Part shown: piece by piece, positions 49,017 to 58,705 of the stretch | Numbering within the stretch: position 1 is the first letter of the stretch | Layout: every line of letters starts with the position of its first letter | Assembly (NCBI GenBank): GCA_963739205.1 | Contig: CAVTZJ010000003.1 | Location: 205,902 to 269,901, forward strand | Direction of reading: 5' to 3' | Origin: an uncultured Pseudomonadota bacterium | Lineage (GTDB): Bacteria; Pseudomonadota; Gammaproteobacteria; Burkholderiales; SG8-39 | Length of the DNA stretch: 64,000 nucleotides | Position numbers and translations under genes: made by a program | The notes under the pieces: model-generated | Told to the model about the DNA's origin: nothing | The model's database searches: none | The model's input: only the letters and a program-made list of their open reading frames with translations

Positions 49017-49885
49017 TGAATTCAGAACTCGAGACGACGCGTGACGTGCCGATGCGATTGCTGAATTTTGGCTGCGGCAGCACCTACCACCCGGACTGGA
49101 TTAATCTTGACGCGGCGCCGATCTCTCCCGAGGTGATCGCGCACGACTTGCATTGCCGATTCCCTTACGCAGCGGATTCGTTCGACGGGGTCTACGGCTC
49201 TCACGTCCTCGAGCATCTGGAGCCGCAGGTCGGTGTGCGGCTGTTGCAGGAGTGCTACCGGCTGCTGAAACCGGGCGGTATCGTGAGAATCGTGGTGCCG
49301 GATCTCGAAACGATCGCCAAGCTTTATCTGCAGTCTCTCGAGGGCGCGCTGGTCGGAGACGCCGACGCGCGAATGCGATATGAATGGATCATGCTGGAAC
49401 TATACGATCAGGCAACGAGAAGCAGCCCCGGCGGGGAAATGGGAGCTTACTTGCGCCGCAGCATGAGCGAGCGTACCGCGAGATTCGTCGCAAGCCGTGT
49501 AGGTGACCAAGCGATAAGGCAGGCGGACGCCCATATTCGGTACCAGCCTACTCGTGCGCGCATCCTTCGGCGCCTGCGATCGGCAGAGGCTAGCCTGCGC
49601 AGAAAGCTCGCGTCGGCGTGCGCGTTTCTCTTCCTGGGGCCCGAGGGAAGCGCTGCCCTGCACGAAGGCCTATTCCGGCGCAGCGGAGAGGTTCACCGTT
49701 TCATGTATGACCGCTTCTCTCTGGCGCAAGCCTTGGAGCGCGCCGGATTCGTCGGCGCGCGGACCCGCGCGGCGGACGAAAGCGACATTCCGAACTTTGC
49801 CCGTTACGGGCTGGAGACCGTGAACGGTTATTCGCGCAAGCCCGACTCACTGTACGCCGAAGCAAAAAAACCTCGACAGACTTGA
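49016..49885 (+). CDS. Class I SAM-dependent methyltransferase
   Basis: LNFGCG, FDGVYGSHVLEH, LLKPGGIVRIVVPD, GEVHRFMYD. Confidence 0.85.
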   Translation: MNSELETTRDVPMRLLNFGCGSTYHPDWINLDAAPISPEVIAHDLHCRFPYAADSFDGVYGSHVLEHLEPQVGVRLLQECYRLLKPGGIVRIVVPDLETIAKLYLQSLEGALVGDADARMRYEWIMLELYDQATRSSPGGEMGAYLRRSMSERTARFVASRVGDQAIRQADAHIRYQPTRARILRRLRSAEASLRRKLASACAFLFLGPEGSAALHEGLFRRSGEVHRFMYDRFSLAQALERAGFVGARTRAADESDIPNFARYGLETVNGYSRKPDSLYAEAKKPRQT

Positions 49886-49910
49886 AGTCTCCCGCCCTCA
49901 CCAATTCCGC

Positions 49911-50897
49911 ATGCGCCATTACTGCACCCTCTTCGACCGCAATTACGCCGCTCGCGGCCTGGCATTACATCACTCGTTGTTGCGCCATTGCGGTCGCTTC
50001 ATGCTACACGTATTGTGTCTCGACGTTTCCACGCGCAACGCCTTGGCCGCTCTATCGCTCCCGCACATCAATTTGATAGACATCGCAACCTTGGAGAACT
50101 GGGATCGCGACCTAGGGGCAGCACGCAACAATCGCTCCTTGCTCGAGTTCTACTTCACCTGCAAGCCCTTCCTGCTGGCGTATCTGCTGGAACGCGATCC
50201 AGGGATTCACAGGATCGATTATCTGGACGCCGACTTGTCCTTCTTCTCGGACCCCGCCGAGTTAGAGCAGGAATACGCTGGAAGTCCAGTGGCCTTGACC
50301 CCCCATCGCTTCGGTAAGCGCCACGCGGCACTGAAGCAATACGGCGAGTTTAACGCCGGGTGGCTGAGCGTAAGCGCGGACGCCGACGGGCGGCGGTTTA
50401 TCCGGTGGTGGAAAGAGCGTTGCATCGAGTGGTGCCGCTTGGTGGTAGAGGACAATCGCTTCGCCGATCAGAAGTATCTCGATCAGGTGCCTAGGCTGTA
50501 TCCGCAGGCACTCAAGATATCGCATCCAGGGGCGAATCTGGCGCCGTGGAACATAGACGGGCGACGCATAGAATTGACGCAGGGCGGCGTGGAGGTCGAC
50601 GGGCGACCGCTCGTGTTTTTTCATTTCCATGGCATCAAGCGCATGATGTTCGGCGCCTATGAAAGCGGCATGCACGAATACGGCGTCGCGCTGACTAGAG
50701 CGACGCGCATAGGAATTTTTCGGCCTTACGTCAAGCAGCTGGCGGCCCGCAACCGGCAGATTGCGGCATTGCCGGAATCGCTTCGCGCGCCCCTGCAAGG
50801 TGAGCGGGTCGCGCTCGGCGCGAGGGGACTGGCGCGCCAGATGCTGTGCACGGCGCGCGCTGTCGCCCGGCGAACCAGCGTATTCGCGGTAGCCTAA
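49911..50897 (+). CDS. Putative GT-A fold glycosyltransferase of an uncharacterised family
   Basis: YCTLFDRNY, YFTCKP, YLDAD (DXD), TPHRF, YGEFNAGW, DQKYLD, NLAPWN, FFHFHG. Confidence 0.7.
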   Translation: MRHYCTLFDRNYAARGLALHHSLLRHCGRFMLHVLCLDVSTRNALAALSLPHINLIDIATLENWDRDLGAARNNRSLLEFYFTCKPFLLAYLLERDPGIHRIDYLDADLSFFSDPAELEQEYAGSPVALTPHRFGKRHAALKQYGEFNAGWLSVSADADGRRFIRWWKERCIEWCRLVVEDNRFADQKYLDQVPRLYPQALKISHPGANLAPWNIDGRRIELTQGGVEVDGRPLVFFHFHGIKRMMFGAYESGMHEYGVALTRATRIGIFRPYVKQLAARNRQIAALPESLRAPLQGERVALGARGLARQMLCTARAVARRTSVFAVA

Positions 50898-50900
50898 TAG

Positions 50901-51626
50901 ATGATTGTGGGCAGCGGCCTGATAGCGCAGGCCTTTTCACCTTTCGAACGCAACCCGGACGTGGTGATATTTGCTTCGGGTGTGTCGGATTCTACGGAGA
51001 TACGGCCGGCCGCCTTCAGCCGCGAGAGGGAGTTACTCGCTCGAACCCTCGCGGAGACCCACGATCCCTTGGTCGTGTACTTCGGCACCTGCAGCATTTG
51101 TGACCCTGAGCGGCGCGACACGCCCTACGTGCGCCACAAGCTGGCCATGGAATCGATGCTCATGGAGTCGCCAAACCCATGGATGGTGCTGCGGCTGCCC
51201 CTGGCCATAGGTCCCGGACATCGCGGGAATACCTTAGCAAACTTTCTATATGACCGGATTGTGCGTGGGGAGCCGTTCGAGGTGTGGGCTGGGGCGACTC
51301 GGTATCCTGTCGATGTCGAGGACGCATTCCGGATCGCGTCCCGATTGGTCGAAGACCGGACGATGTGGCGTCACACGATTAACATTGCGTTGCGCGCATT
51401 CCGCATCCTCGATTTTGTGCGCGTCCTAGAAGATATCGCGGGGAGGCCCGCGACATACACGCTGGCACAGAAGGGCCGACACTACGAGGTGCATTGCCCC
51501 GAGATCGCGCATCTCGTGGATCAACTGCAGATCGACCGCAGCCAAGCCTACTTGGAACGGGTGCTGCGCAAGTACTTCAAACCAGGCGCGCCGCCGAGCT
51601 TCGAGGCTCCTGCATCGCTGCGCTGA
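50901..51626 (+). CDS. Short NAD-dependent epimerase/dehydratase-like protein
   Basis: MIVGSGLIA, FASGVSDS, YFGTCS, YVRHK (YxxxK). Confidence 0.7.
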   Translation: MIVGSGLIAQAFSPFERNPDVVIFASGVSDSTEIRPAAFSRERELLARTLAETHDPLVVYFGTCSICDPERRDTPYVRHKLAMESMLMESPNPWMVLRLPLAIGPGHRGNTLANFLYDRIVRGEPFEVWAGATRYPVDVEDAFRIASRLVEDRTMWRHTINIALRAFRILDFVRVLEDIAGRPATYTLAQKGRHYEVHCPEIAHLVDQLQIDRSQAYLERVLRKYFKPGAPPSFEAPASLR

Positions 51627-51642
51627 CCAAGGACCTACCTGT

Positions 51643-52389
51643 ATGCTTCGAAAAATATCACGCGCCGTCAAGAAACTCATTCGCGGCCTTCTGTTGAGTG
51701 CCGGCTATAGGATTTACCGCGCCGGCGGCCCGCCGGACCGTTGCACCATGGAAGGGGCCTTCGCCGCTCTTCTGCGTCGCAAGCATTCCATCAGGACAGT
51801 CGTCGACATCGGCGCGTCGAACGGGAGCTGGTCCGGCGAACTCTTGCGGTATTTCCCTGATTGCAGATACCTGTTAATCGAGGCGCAGCCGGTGCACGAA
51901 ATGGCGCTGCGCGAGTTTTGCGGGCAACACGTGAATGCGGAGTTCGTGCTCGCCGCCGCGGGCGAGCGCGAAGGACGGATCCATTTCGACGCGAGCGAGC
52001 CGCTGGGTGGCCAAGCGTCCAACACCCCGTTTGAGGCGAACGACATCGAGGTCCCAGTAGTCACCCTAGACAGGATGCTCGACTCCAGGAAGCTCGCCGG
52101 ACCTTATCTCCTGAAATTCGATACCCACGGATACGAAATACCGATTCTAAGCGGTGCGAAGGATACGCTCGCCCACACAGAAGTCATCATCATGGAGTGC
52201 TACAACTTCCGCATTGCGCCCGAGTGCCTGACATTCGACGAGATGTGCCGCTACCTAGGCGAGCGTGGATTTCGGTGCATCGATCTCGTCGCACCCATGC
52301 ACCGCCCTTACGACGACTCGTTCTGGCAGATGGACCTGGTTTTCGTCCGCAATGACCGCCCCGAGTTCTCGCATCTTGGGTATCGGTAG
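51643..52389 (+). CDS. FkbM-family methyltransferase
   Basis: VVDIGASNG, IEAQP, LKFDTHGYE, QMDLVF. Confidence 0.88.
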   Translation: MLRKISRAVKKLIRGLLLSAGYRIYRAGGPPDRCTMEGAFAALLRRKHSIRTVVDIGASNGSWSGELLRYFPDCRYLLIEAQPVHEMALREFCGQHVNAEFVLAAAGEREGRIHFDASEPLGGQASNTPFEANDIEVPVVTLDRMLDSRKLAGPYLLKFDTHGYEIPILSGAKDTLAHTEVIIMECYNFRIAPECLTFDEMCRYLGERGFRCIDLVAPMHRPYDDSFWQMDLVFVRNDRPEFSHLGYR

Positions 52390-52433
52390 CGCGTCGATAC
52401 GCGATCGATTCCGGCATGAGTGCCGCGTGCTGC

Positions 52434-53279
52434 CTATGGATTCAGGTACGGCACCCGCCGCCACTCCTGGCGCGTGTGATCATAGAGGATCAGCATCGAG
52501 CGATCCGCCAATGACTTGCTGATACGTTCCGGCATCACCCGAAGAACGCGCTCGGAAACGCAATGCATGCGGTCGACGATGGAAATCGGTCGCGAGAAAG
52601 TCTTTAGTTCGCGCAGGTATCCTTCTAAGTTCTCGGAGATCTGCCCTTTGTGTATGCGGAATCCGCCAATGTGCCCGCGTACCACGCACAACTCCGCAAT
52701 CGTAGAAAAGCACCTCCACAAGTAAGCGTCGCCCGCATAGCGCAGCGTGCTCAAAAACTGGAAGTCGACGCTGGAGTGCAGCGAGCGTCGCCAGACTGTG
52801 GATTCCTGCTGAATGAACGGCAGCAACGTACCATACGCCCCGCACTGGATGAGCTGCCTGCGGTAGCGGAACGGAAGCGAACACCGCGTCAGCTGCGACC
52901 GGTCGTTGTAAGTCACGGAATATCCGGTCACCCATTCGACGCGAGGGAGCTCGAAGCATTCCGCGGCGATGCCCAGTCCCGCCGAATTGAAGAAATCACC
53001 CGCGTTGAGATACGCGACATAGTCGCCTGTCGCCCGTTGCAACCCATTTGCCAAAGCTGAGTACAGGCCCGCGTCCGGCTCCGATACCAGCGTGACGCCG
53101 TGTCTCTCATAGGGCCGCAGGAGCTCTAGGGTCCCGTCGGTTGATGCTCCATCGTGGATCAGGTACTCAAGCTCGCATTGTCCCGACCGAAAGACCGACT
53201 GCGAGAGAACTGAGTTGACGGTTTCTTCGATATAGCGGGCGGCGTTCTTGCAGGCCGTAACGACAGTGAACTTGGCCAT
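52434..53279 (-). CDS. GT2 glycosyltransferase
   Basis: FTVVTACKNAA, DGASTDGT, SEPDAGLYSALANG, YLNAGD, IQQESTVWR. Confidence 0.9.
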   Translation of the reverse strand: MAKFTVVTACKNAARYIEETVNSVLSQSVFRSGQCELEYLIHDGASTDGTLELLRPYERHGVTLVSEPDAGLYSALANGLQRATGDYVAYLNAGDFFNSAGLGIAAECFELPRVEWVTGYSVTYNDRSQLTRCSLPFRYRRQLIQCGAYGTLLPFIQQESTVWRRSLHSSVDFQFLSTLRYAGDAYLWRCFSTIAELCVVRGHIGGFRIHKGQISENLEGYLRELKTFSRPISIVDRMHCVSERVLRVMPERISKSLADRSMLILYDHTRQEWRRVPYLNP

Positions 53280-53295
53280 TGGATGGCGAGGCCCG

Positions 53296-54267
53296 TTAGG
53301 CCATTGCCTGCGCTTCGAAGCGTCCAAGGAAGTCACGATAGGAAAGCGCAATTCCTTCGGCTATGGGCACCCGTGGCGCCCATCCAAGATGCGAAAGGCG
53401 TGACACGTCGAGCAGCTTGCGCGGCGTGCCGTCAGGCTTAGACGCGTCGAACCGCAAGGTGCCCTTGAAACCGACAATGCGCGCGACCAGTTCCGCCAGC
53501 TCGCGAATGGTGAGATCGGAGCCAGAGCCGATGTTGATGAGTGGCGGATAGGTGCCGATTGCTGCTTTGAACAGCGTTTCGTCGAGCCGCAGCAGCGACA
53601 CGCAGGCGTCCGCCATGTCGTCGCTGTAGAGAAACTCGCGCAATGGCTTGCCCGTCCCCCAGACAACCAATTCCTCGTCGCCGCGCAGTTTCGCCTCGTG
53701 CGCCTTGCGGATAAGCGCGGGCAGCACGTGCGAGGTTTGCAGGTCGTAGTTGTCGCCCGGGCCGTAAAGGTTCGTAGGCATTGCCGCCAGGTATTGCGTG
53801 CCGTACTGGCGGTTATAGGCCGAGCACATCTCGATCCCGGCGATCTTGGCAAGCGCGTACGGCCGGTTCGTGGGCTCGAGCGGGCCGGTGAGCAGGTACT
53901 CTTCCTTAATCGGCTGAGGACAGTCGCGCGGATAAATGCACGACGATCCCAGAAAAAGCACCCGCTTCACGCCCGCGCGCCAGGCCTCGTGAATGACGTT
54001 CGTCTGGATTGCGAGGTTCTCGCGGATGAACTCTGCCGGCTGAGTGTTGTTGGCGACAATGCCCCCCACCTTCGCCGCTGCGAGCAGCACGTGCTGCGGT
54101 CGCTCGGTCTCGAAGAAGTGCTGAACAGCCGCCGGATCGGTGAGCTCGAGCTCGGCATGCGAGCGCAGCACAAGGTTGTCGTAGCCCGCCGCACGCAGCC
54201 GCCGCACGAGTGCCGACCCCGCAAGCCCGCGATGCCCGGCGACGTAGATTTTTACGGACTTATCCAC
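53296..54267 (-). CDS. fcl: GDP-L-fucose synthase
   Basis: [55 protein letters not shown]. Confidence 0.96.
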   Translation of the reverse strand: MDKSVKIYVAGHRGLAGSALVRRLRAAGYDNLVLRSHAELELTDPAAVQHFFETERPQHVLLAAAKVGGIVANNTQPAEFIRENLAIQTNVIHEAWRAGVKRVLFLGSSCIYPRDCPQPIKEEYLLTGPLEPTNRPYALAKIAGIEMCSAYNRQYGTQYLAAMPTNLYGPGDNYDLQTSHVLPALIRKAHEAKLRGDEELVVWGTGKPLREFLYSDDMADACVSLLRLDETLFKAAIGTYPPLINIGSGSDLTIRELAELVARIVGFKGTLRFDASKPDGTPRKLLDVSRLSHLGWAPRVPIAEGIALSYRDFLGRFEAQAMA

Positions 54268-54268
54268 G

Positions 54269-55357
54269 TTACTCGTGCTGCCTGTGGATGCGGTGACCGT
54301 GCCTCTTCACCAGCGCATCTCGCTCGGCCTCGCGCAGATCTTCGCGCGTCATTTCCCCGACCAGCGCATCGAAGGAGGTCTTCGCCGTCCAACCGAGCTT
54401 TTCCTTCGCCTTCGACGGATCGCCGAGGAGCGTGTCCACCTCAGCGGGCCGGAAGTAGCGCCGGTCCACGGCGACGACCGTCTCGCCCTTGCCGTCCACG
54501 GCGTGCTCGTCGGCGCCATTGCCGCGCCATTGCAGCTTCATTTCGAGCTTTTGCGCCGCAAGGTTGACGAAATCGCGCACGCTGTACTGCTTTCCGGTCG
54601 CGATGACGAAATCCTCGGCCTGCGGCTGCTGCAAGATCAGCCACTGGGCTTCGATGTAGTCGCGCGCATGGCCCCAGTCGCGGCGCGCGTCGAGGTTGCC
54701 GAGGTAGAGGCAGTCCTGCAGGCCGAGCTTGATGCGCGCCAGCGCGCGCGTGATCTTGCGCGACACGAAGGTCTCGCCGCGGATCGGCGATTCGTGGTTG
54801 AAGAGGATGCCGTTGCAGGCGTACATCCCGTACGACTCGCGGTAGTTCACCGTGATCCAGTAGGCGTAAAGCTTCGCCGCACCGTACGGCGACCGGGGAT
54901 AGAACGGGGTCGTTTCCCGTTGCGGCGTCTCCACCACCTTTCCGAAGAGCTCCGAGGTCGACGCCTGATAGAACCGCGTCTTCTTCTCCATGCCGAGAAT
55001 GCGGACCGCCTCCAGCAGGCGCAGCGTACCGATGCCGTCGGAATCGGCCGTGTATTCGGGCTCCTCGAAAGACACCGCGACGTGGCTCTGCGCGGCCAGG
55101 TTGTAGATCTCGTCCGGCTGGGACTGCTGCACGATTCTCGTCAGGCTGGACGAGTCCGTCATGTCGCCGTAATGGAGGATCAGCCGTCGGTCGGGTTCGT
55201 GCGGGTCCTGGTAAAGGTGGTCGATCCGCTGCGTGTTGAAGCTGGAGGCGCGGCGCTTGATCCCGTGCACCACGTAGCCCTTCGCGAGCAAAAACTCGGC
55301 GAGATAGGCGCCGTCCTGGCCGGTAATGCCGGTTATCAATGCGACCTTTTTGCTCAT
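54269..55357 (-). CDS. gmd: GDP-mannose 4,6-dehydratase
   Basis: [49 protein letters not shown]. Confidence 0.97.
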   Translation of the reverse strand: MSKKVALITGITGQDGAYLAEFLLAKGYVVHGIKRRASSFNTQRIDHLYQDPHEPDRRLILHYGDMTDSSSLTRIVQQSQPDEIYNLAAQSHVAVSFEEPEYTADSDGIGTLRLLEAVRILGMEKKTRFYQASTSELFGKVVETPQRETTPFYPRSPYGAAKLYAYWITVNYRESYGMYACNGILFNHESPIRGETFVSRKITRALARIKLGLQDCLYLGNLDARRDWGHARDYIEAQWLILQQPQAEDFVIATGKQYSVRDFVNLAAQKLEMKLQWRGNGADEHAVDGKGETVVAVDRRYFRPAEVDTLLGDPSKAKEKLGWTAKTSFDALVGEMTREDLREAERDALVKRHGHRIHRQHE

Positions 55358-56193
55358 CGTGGCGCGAATGTTACCTCGGCCAGCGCCCCTTCCCACGGCG
55401 CGAGCGCCAATCCGTGGTCCTTGAGCAATCTCGTGCAGTCCAGCCGCGAGTTGCGCGGCCGCCTGGCAGGCGTCGGATAGTCCTCGGTGCGAATCGCCGT
55501 GACGGGCGCCGCAATCCCGGCCTGCGCCAGGATCGCGCGTGCGAACCCGCACCAGCTTGCCGCACCCGCGGCGCACAGTTGATACAGCCCGCGCGCGCCG
55601 GCGCGCACAAGCTGCGCCGTCGCCTGCGCAATCGCGAAGCTTGCGGTCGGCGCCCCGATCTGATCGTCGATCACGCGCAGATCCCGCCCCTCTTTCGCGA
55701 GTCTCAAGATGGTGAGAAGGAAGTTCTTGCCCCGCGCGCCGTACACCCAGCTCGTGCGCAGGATCAGGTGCCTGCACCCCACTGCCTGAATCGCCCGCTC
55801 CCCCTCGAGCTTCGTCTTGCCGTACACGTTGATCGGGTTCGGCGGATCGTCCTCGACGTACGGCGTCGCCTTCTCGCCGTCGAACACGTAGTCGGTCGAG
55901 TAATGCACGAGCAGCGCGCCGAGGCGCTTCGCCTCTTCGGCGAGCACGCCGGGAGCGAAGCCGTTGATGCGCATCGCGAGCTCGGGCTCGGATTCGGCCT
56001 TGTCCACCGCGGTGTAGGCGGCGGCGTTGACGATCACTTCGGGCTTCGCCTCGCGCACCACGCGCCGGATCTGGTCCGGGTCGGCGAGGTCGAGCGTGCT
56101 GCGGTCGGTGGCGATCACTTCGCCGAGCGGCGCGAGCTTTCTCTCGAGCTCCCAGCCGACCTGGCCGTTCCTTCCGGTGAGCACGATTCTCAA
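55354..56193 (-). CDS. rfbD: dTDP-4-dehydrorhamnose reductase
   Basis: TTG start overlapping the rfbC stop. [40 protein letters not shown]. Confidence 0.94.
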   Translation of the reverse strand: MRIVLTGRNGQVGWELERKLAPLGEVIATDRSTLDLADPDQIRRVVREAKPEVIVNAAAYTAVDKAESEPELAMRINGFAPGVLAEEAKRLGALLVHYSTDYVFDGEKATPYVEDDPPNPINVYGKTKLEGERAIQAVGCRHLILRTSWVYGARGKNFLLTILRLAKEGRDLRVIDDQIGAPTASFAIAQATAQLVRAGARGLYQLCAAGAASWCGFARAILAQAGIAAPVTAIRTEDYPTPARRPRNSRLDCTRLLKDHGLALAPWEGALAEVTFAPR

Positions 56194-56735
56194 GGGTAGG
56201 TCTCGGCTTCCGCGAAGGCCTTGCCGCGCGCGTCCTTGTCGCTCATGAGCGGCTGGCCCTCGAGCGGCCATAGAACGTCGACCGAGCGGTCGTTCCAGGC
56301 GAGCGTGCGCTCGTGCTCGGGCGCGTAGTAGTCGGTCGTCTTGTAGCTGACGATCGCCTGCTCGGAGAGCACCAGGAAGCCGTGCGCGAAGCCCGGCGGG
56401 ATCCAGATCATCGGCCGCGCGCTTGGGGAGAGGATGGCGCCGGTCCACTTGCCGAACGTCGGCGAGCTGCGGCGCAGGTCGACCGCTACGTCGTAGATCT
56501 CGCCCACCGCGACGCGCACCAGCTTGCCCTGCGGCTGCCTGATCTGGTAGTGCAGGCCGCGCAGCACGTTGCGCGCCGAGAGCGATTCGTTGTCCTGCAC
56601 GAATTCGACGTCGAGACCCGTGACTTCGCGGAACGTGCGGCGGTTGTAGCTCTCGTAGAAATTCCCGCGCGAGTCGCTGAACACCTTCGGCTCGAGGATC
56701 AGCACCCCGGGCAGGTCGGTCTGGGTCGCCTTCAT
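56190..56735 (-). CDS. rfbC: dTDP-4-dehydrorhamnose 3,5-epimerase
   Basis: [31 protein letters not shown]. Confidence 0.96.
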   Translation of the reverse strand: MKATQTDLPGVLILEPKVFSDSRGNFYESYNRRTFREVTGLDVEFVQDNESLSARNVLRGLHYQIRQPQGKLVRVAVGEIYDVAVDLRRSSPTFGKWTGAILSPSARPMIWIPPGFAHGFLVLSEQAIVSYKTTDYYAPEHERTLAWNDRSVDVLWPLEGQPLMSDKDARGKAFAEAETYP

Positions 56736-57612
56736 TTAGAACAGCCTCTCGCTCAGCACGCTCTTCAGGTATTGCCCGTAGCCGCTCTTCTCCAGCGGCT
56801 TGGCGAGCGCTTCCAGCTGCCGCGCGTCGATGAATCCCATGCGGTAGGCGATCTCCTCCGGGCAGGCGATCTTCAGCCCCTGCCGGCGCTCGATGGTCTC
56901 GATGAAGGCCGAGGCTTCGAGCAGCGTCTCGTGCGTGCCGGTGTCGAGCCAGGCGAAGCCGCGGCTCATCGGCATCACCTCGAGCTCGCCCTGCTGCAGG
57001 TAGGCGCGGTTGACGTCGGTGATCTCGAGCTCGCCGCGCGCCGAGGGCCTGAGCTCGGCGGCGATGTCGAGCACCCGGTTGTCGTAGAAGTAGAGCCCGA
57101 CCACGGCGTAGCGCGACTTCGGATGCTTCGGCTTTTCCTCGATGCTCACGGCCTTGCCGCGCTCGTCGAACTCGACCACGCCGTAGCGCTGGGGATCCTT
57201 CACCGGGTAGGCGAACACGGTGCGCGCCGCGCTCGCGCTTGGCCGCGCGCTGCAGGAGTTCCGACAGCTCGTTGCCGTAGAAGATGTTGTCGCCGAGCAC
57301 CAGCGCGACCCGACTCGCTGCCGACGAATTCGCGCCCCACGATGAAGGCCTGCGCGATGCCCTCGGGCTTCGGCTGCACGCGTAGGAGAGGCGAATGCCC
57401 CACTGCGTGCCGTCGCCGAGCAGATCGCGGAAGCGCGGCGTGTCCTGCGGCGTCGAGATGACGAGGATGTCGCGGATGCCGGCGAGCATCAGCGTCGAGA
57501 GCGGGTAGTACACCATCGGCTTGTCGTACACGGGCAGCAGCTGTTTCGAGACGACCTGCGTCACCGGATAGAGGCGCGTGCCCGAGCCGCCGGCGAGGAT
57601 GATGCCCTTCAT
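56736..57612 (-). CDS. rfbA: Glucose-1-phosphate thymidylyltransferase, indels at about 57380, 57315 and 57225
   Basis: [53 protein letters not shown], across frames. Confidence 0.93.
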
Positions 57613-58677
57613 GCGTTCACCCTGTTACCGTAGTTCTGTTCGATCCAGCCGCGGTAGGCGCCGCTCGTCACTTCCTCGACCCACGCGCGGTTGTCGAGGT
57701 ACCAGCGCACCGTCTTCGCGAGCCCCGTCTCGAAGCTCTCCTTCGGCCGCCAGCCTAGCTCGCGCGCGAGCTTGCCCGCGTCCATGGCGTAGCGCCGGTC
57801 GTGTCCGGGGCGGTCGGCGACGAACTCGATGAGGTCCGCGTAGCGGCCTTGCGCGCGCGGCCTCGCCTCGTCCAGCAGCGCGCACAACGTGCGCACCACG
57901 TCGAGGTTCTTCTTCTCCGCCGCGCCGCCGATGTTGTAGATCTCGCCCGGCTTGCCGCGCTCGAGCACCAGCCGCACGGCATCGCAGTGGTCGAGCACGT
58001 ACAGCCAGTCGCGCACGTTCGCGCCGTCGCCGTACACCGGCAGCTTCTTGCCGGCGAGCGCGTTGTGGATCACGAGCGGGATCAGCTTCTCCGGGAACTG
58101 GAACGGGCCGTAGTTGTTCGAGCAGTTCGTGGTGAGCGTCGGCAGTCCGTAGGTGTGGTGATACGCGCGTACCAGGTGATCGGACGCCGCCTTCGAGGCC
58201 GCGTAGGGACTGTTCGGCGCGTACTGCGTCTGTTCGGTGAACGCCGGATCGCCCGCGCCGAGCGAGCCGTACACCTCGTCGGTCGAGACGTGCAGGAAGC
58301 GGAACGCGTCGCGCTCGGCGCCCGGCAGCGCCTGCCACCAGGCGCGCGCCTCCTCGAGCAGGCAGAAAGTTCCGACGACGTTCGTCTGCACGAAGTCGGC
58401 CGGCCCGTGGATCGAGCGGTCGACGTGGCTCTCGGCGGCAAAGTGCACCACGGCGCGCGGACGGTGCTCGCTTAGCAGGCGCCGCACGAGCTCGCGGTCG
58501 CCGATGTCGCCGCACACGAAAACGTGGCGCGCGTCGCCTTGCGAGCGAGGAAAGGCTGCGCAGGTTGCCGGCGTAGGTGAGCTTGTCGAGATTGACGATC
58601 GTCTCGCCCGTCGCGGCGATCGTGGACAGGACGAAATTCGCGCCGATGAACCCCGCGCCGCCGGTGACGAGAATCAT
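57609..58677 (-). CDS. rfbB: dTDP-glucose 4,6-dehydratase, frameshift near 58540
   Basis: [56 protein letters not shown]. Confidence 0.95.
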
Positions 58678-58683
58678 GTGCGG

Positions 58684-58689
58684 ATTTTA
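58684..58689 (-). promoter_or_regulatory. Putative -10 box (TAAAAT) for a leaderless rfbB transcript
   Basis: TAAAAT followed by 6 nt and then the rfbB ATG at 58677, in a 28-nt intergenic gap with no Shine-Dalgarno. Confidence 0.55.
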
Positions 58690-58705
58690 GACTACGGCGG
58701 CGCGG

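Noticed and set aside
52390-52425. Two small hairpins between the convergent FkbM and GT2 genes
   Set aside because: Only 5-bp stems and no U-tract; too weak to call as terminators.
55354-57612. 752-aa RfbA-RfbD fusion ORF in the track
   Set aside because: Artefact of rfbA indels shifting into an open frame that runs through rfbC into rfbD; the three genes are separately recognisable.
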